Positions 62,576 to 64,000 of a DNA stretch of 64,000 nucleotides are shown here, piece by piece. Position 1 is the stretch's first letter; each line of letters starts with the position of its first letter. The notes under the pieces are model-generated. The model did not search any database, had not been told where the DNA came from, and saw only the letters and a program-made list of their open reading frames with translations. Both the position numbers and the translations under genes were made by a program. Location: positions 1 through 64,000 of the IMG/VR virus record IMGVR_UViG_3300044513_003764, one strand, 5' to 3'. The stretch comes from a virus (taxonomy: Duplodnaviria; Caudoviricetes).

Positions 62576-63474
62576 CAGGTAACAAAAATCTCAGAGATGT
62601 CTAGCAGATTGTCTGTTTTCGTGCTGAGCTCTTCGCTGTACTTCGTATCGAGATGCTCCAGGAGTCCGCAAGGAGCGATCTGCACAGTGCCGTTCGAGCT
62701 TACGAGCGGAACCACCCTGCGATGTTCCTGTCCCGAACGAAGGTTTTCAAAAATTGTCCCCATCGAGCTTCGATCGGCAATTGGCCAGCATCTGTGCTTA
62801 GTTAACTCGTAGCTCTCCAATGGATCAAAACTCTTTGAATTGACGTAGTCTTCTGCCATCTGCTGATCCAGAATCATCAGCCCGGCATAAGGATTACCTA
62901 AAGAGGCAAAACCTATAAATTCCGAAGACGGAGTTAAGTAAGTCTCGACTGTGTAAGGTCGATCACCCCAAACCGAAGGAGTCGGATTATTTAAGTTCCA
63001 CCTACGGTAGTTATCAAACGGGACGTACTTTTCGTTAAACGACTCGAAACGGCAGAAACCTGGCTCGAGGTTTAAAGGTTTTAAGCGATCCTTCCAACTA
63101 AACCAATAGAAGAAATTCTCACTCGTCAGGAGCATGTCGTTCTCGCTATAGAGGTAGAAGTCATACGCCCTCGCTTCCACGGCTAACTTCAAGAGCTCCT
63201 TATGACTCCAAGTGAGCGAGAATCCTTTGTATTCCTCGGGAGCAATAACAACGTCAATAACTAATCTCTTTACGTTACTAAGTATTAAGTTAAGTAAAGT
63301 GTCTTTGTCCTCTCTGTGCTCATAGTCAATAAATATAAACACCTCTTTAGTTCCAGGCAGCTCCTCGTAGCCACGAAGAACCTCGAGCAGGGGGTCAAAC
63401 CGAGCCAGAGGGTTGTGCGCCGTGATGGCGATAAAATACTTGGAGGAGTATAGAGAAGCGTTAGAACAAGTCAT
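62575..63474 (-). CDS. putative GT-A fold glycosyltransferase-like protein
   Basis: N-terminal IAITAH strand; YDFYLYSENDML acidic motif; NPYAG..IL. Confidence 0.5.
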   Translation of the reverse strand: MTCSNASLYSSKYFIAITAHNPLARFDPLLEVLRGYEELPGTKEVFIFIDYEHREDKDTLLNLILSNVKRLVIDVVIAPEEYKGFSLTWSHKELLKLAVEARAYDFYLYSENDMLLTSENFFYWFSWKDRLKPLNLEPGFCRFESFNEKYVPFDNYRRWNLNNPTPSVWGDRPYTVETYLTPSSEFIGFASLGNPYAGLMILDQQMAEDYVNSKSFDPLESYELTKHRCWPIADRSSMGTIFENLRSGQEHRRVVPLVSSNGTVQIAPCGLLEHLDTKYSEELSTKTDNLLDISEIFVT

Positions 63475-63476
63475 TA

Positions 63477-64000
63477 TCAATACTCCATTTCGAAGTTACC
63501 TCGCCGCTGTAGGTAGGTAACCACCCAGGTGTAAGCATCGAGAAGGTCGTCGTGAGAGGTTGCACCAATATTGATCAGTTGATCAAAAAGAGCATCGAAC
63601 TTTCGGAACCGGTTAAAGACCACCTTTTTATTCTCTAACAACCCGAGAGTACCTCTGAATCGAGCGATCTTGTCGCCACGGAAACCTTTCGCCTCGTGGA
63701 TGTGGATGTTGCCAAGACCCCGTTCACTGAGGAGGATACGTCTAAGGTCAGCAGCGAGTGAAGCCTGGTAAGCAACCGACTCAACGACCAAAGTACATGT
63801 GGAGTAAGTGGGGAAGTACTCGCCCTCACTGTTCTCCTGAAGAATGCCCCACTCCACGAGCATCTTGCAGAGAAGATCTATCTTCTCCAAGTTGCCAATC
63901 GAACGAACTTGATGCGCATCAATAACGTAGTACTTGTCCTTTAACCTCCCAGCAAGTACAAACGCTGTGTAGTCTGAGGTTTCGTTTTTACTCGCGGAGA
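63477..64000 (-). CDS. terL: terminase large subunit, C-terminal nuclease domain (5' part lies outside the window)
   Basis: Open frame to the window edge: SASKNETSDYTAFV..YYVID; VVESVAYQ; GDKIARF; HDDLLDA. Confidence 0.9.
   Translation of the reverse strand, partial: SASKNETSDYTAFVLAGRLKDKYYVIDAHQVRSIGNLEKIDLLCKMLVEWGILQENSEGEYFPTYSTCTLVVESVAYQASLAADLRRILLSERGLGNIHIHEAKGFRGDKIARFRGTLGLLENKKVVFNRFRKFDALFDQLINIGATSHDDLLDAYTWVVTYLQRRGNFEMEY

Noticed and set aside
1-64000. 2-aminoadenine or 7-deazaguanine DNA-modification clusters, and photosynthesis genes
   Set aside because: No PurZ, DatZ, Que/Dpd, psbA or hli motifs recognised in any ORF.

Overview
The window is almost all of a tailed dsDNA phage genome, very probably a cyanophage. 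The host is inferred from gene families; there is no host DNA. Layout: (i) 234-11.2 kb: + strand early region of tiny ORFs, a Cys-rich Gp88-like protein, MarR/wHTH regulators, dCTP deaminase and a DUF3150-like/RavA-like AAA+/VWA cassette behind a sigma70 promoter. (ii) 12.1-23.5 kb: replication genes (family A DNA polymerase, tandem-OB SSB, PD-(D/E)XK exonuclease, primase-SF3 helicase). (iii) 23.6-40.5 kb, - strand: ThyX, endolysin, holin-like and HNH genes, and two tandem paralogous three-gene fibre modules. (iv) a 440-bp AT-rich divergence point, then a + strand regulator cluster. (v) 43.7-64 kb, - strand: ejection proteins with muralytic domains, Dps, N4-gp56-like major capsid, scaffold, portal, two glycosyltransferase-like genes and the 3' part of the terminase large subunit. 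I saw no integrase, tape measure, tRNA, CRISPR array or reverse transcriptase. The gene set resembles, from memory and unverified, the S-EIV1-like cyanophage lineage. Most interesting signals: (1) roughly 10-fold enrichment of Ser-Gly ([A/V/P/I/Y]-S-G) motifs in the small fibre proteins together with glycosyltransferases inside the packaging module, suggesting a sequon-directed virion glycosylation system; (2) a 64-nt sRNA candidate with its own promoter and terminator behind the capsid operon; (3) a 509-nt dual-coding overlap of portal and scaffold; (4) a bipartite DNA element repeated 35 kb apart; (5) two degenerate methyltransferases and two degenerate HNH-HTH proteins; (6) a putative secreted His-rich micropeptide; (7) a -10 hexamer at a fixed 20-23 nt before many late genes. 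All family names come from motif recognition by eye; no database search was run.
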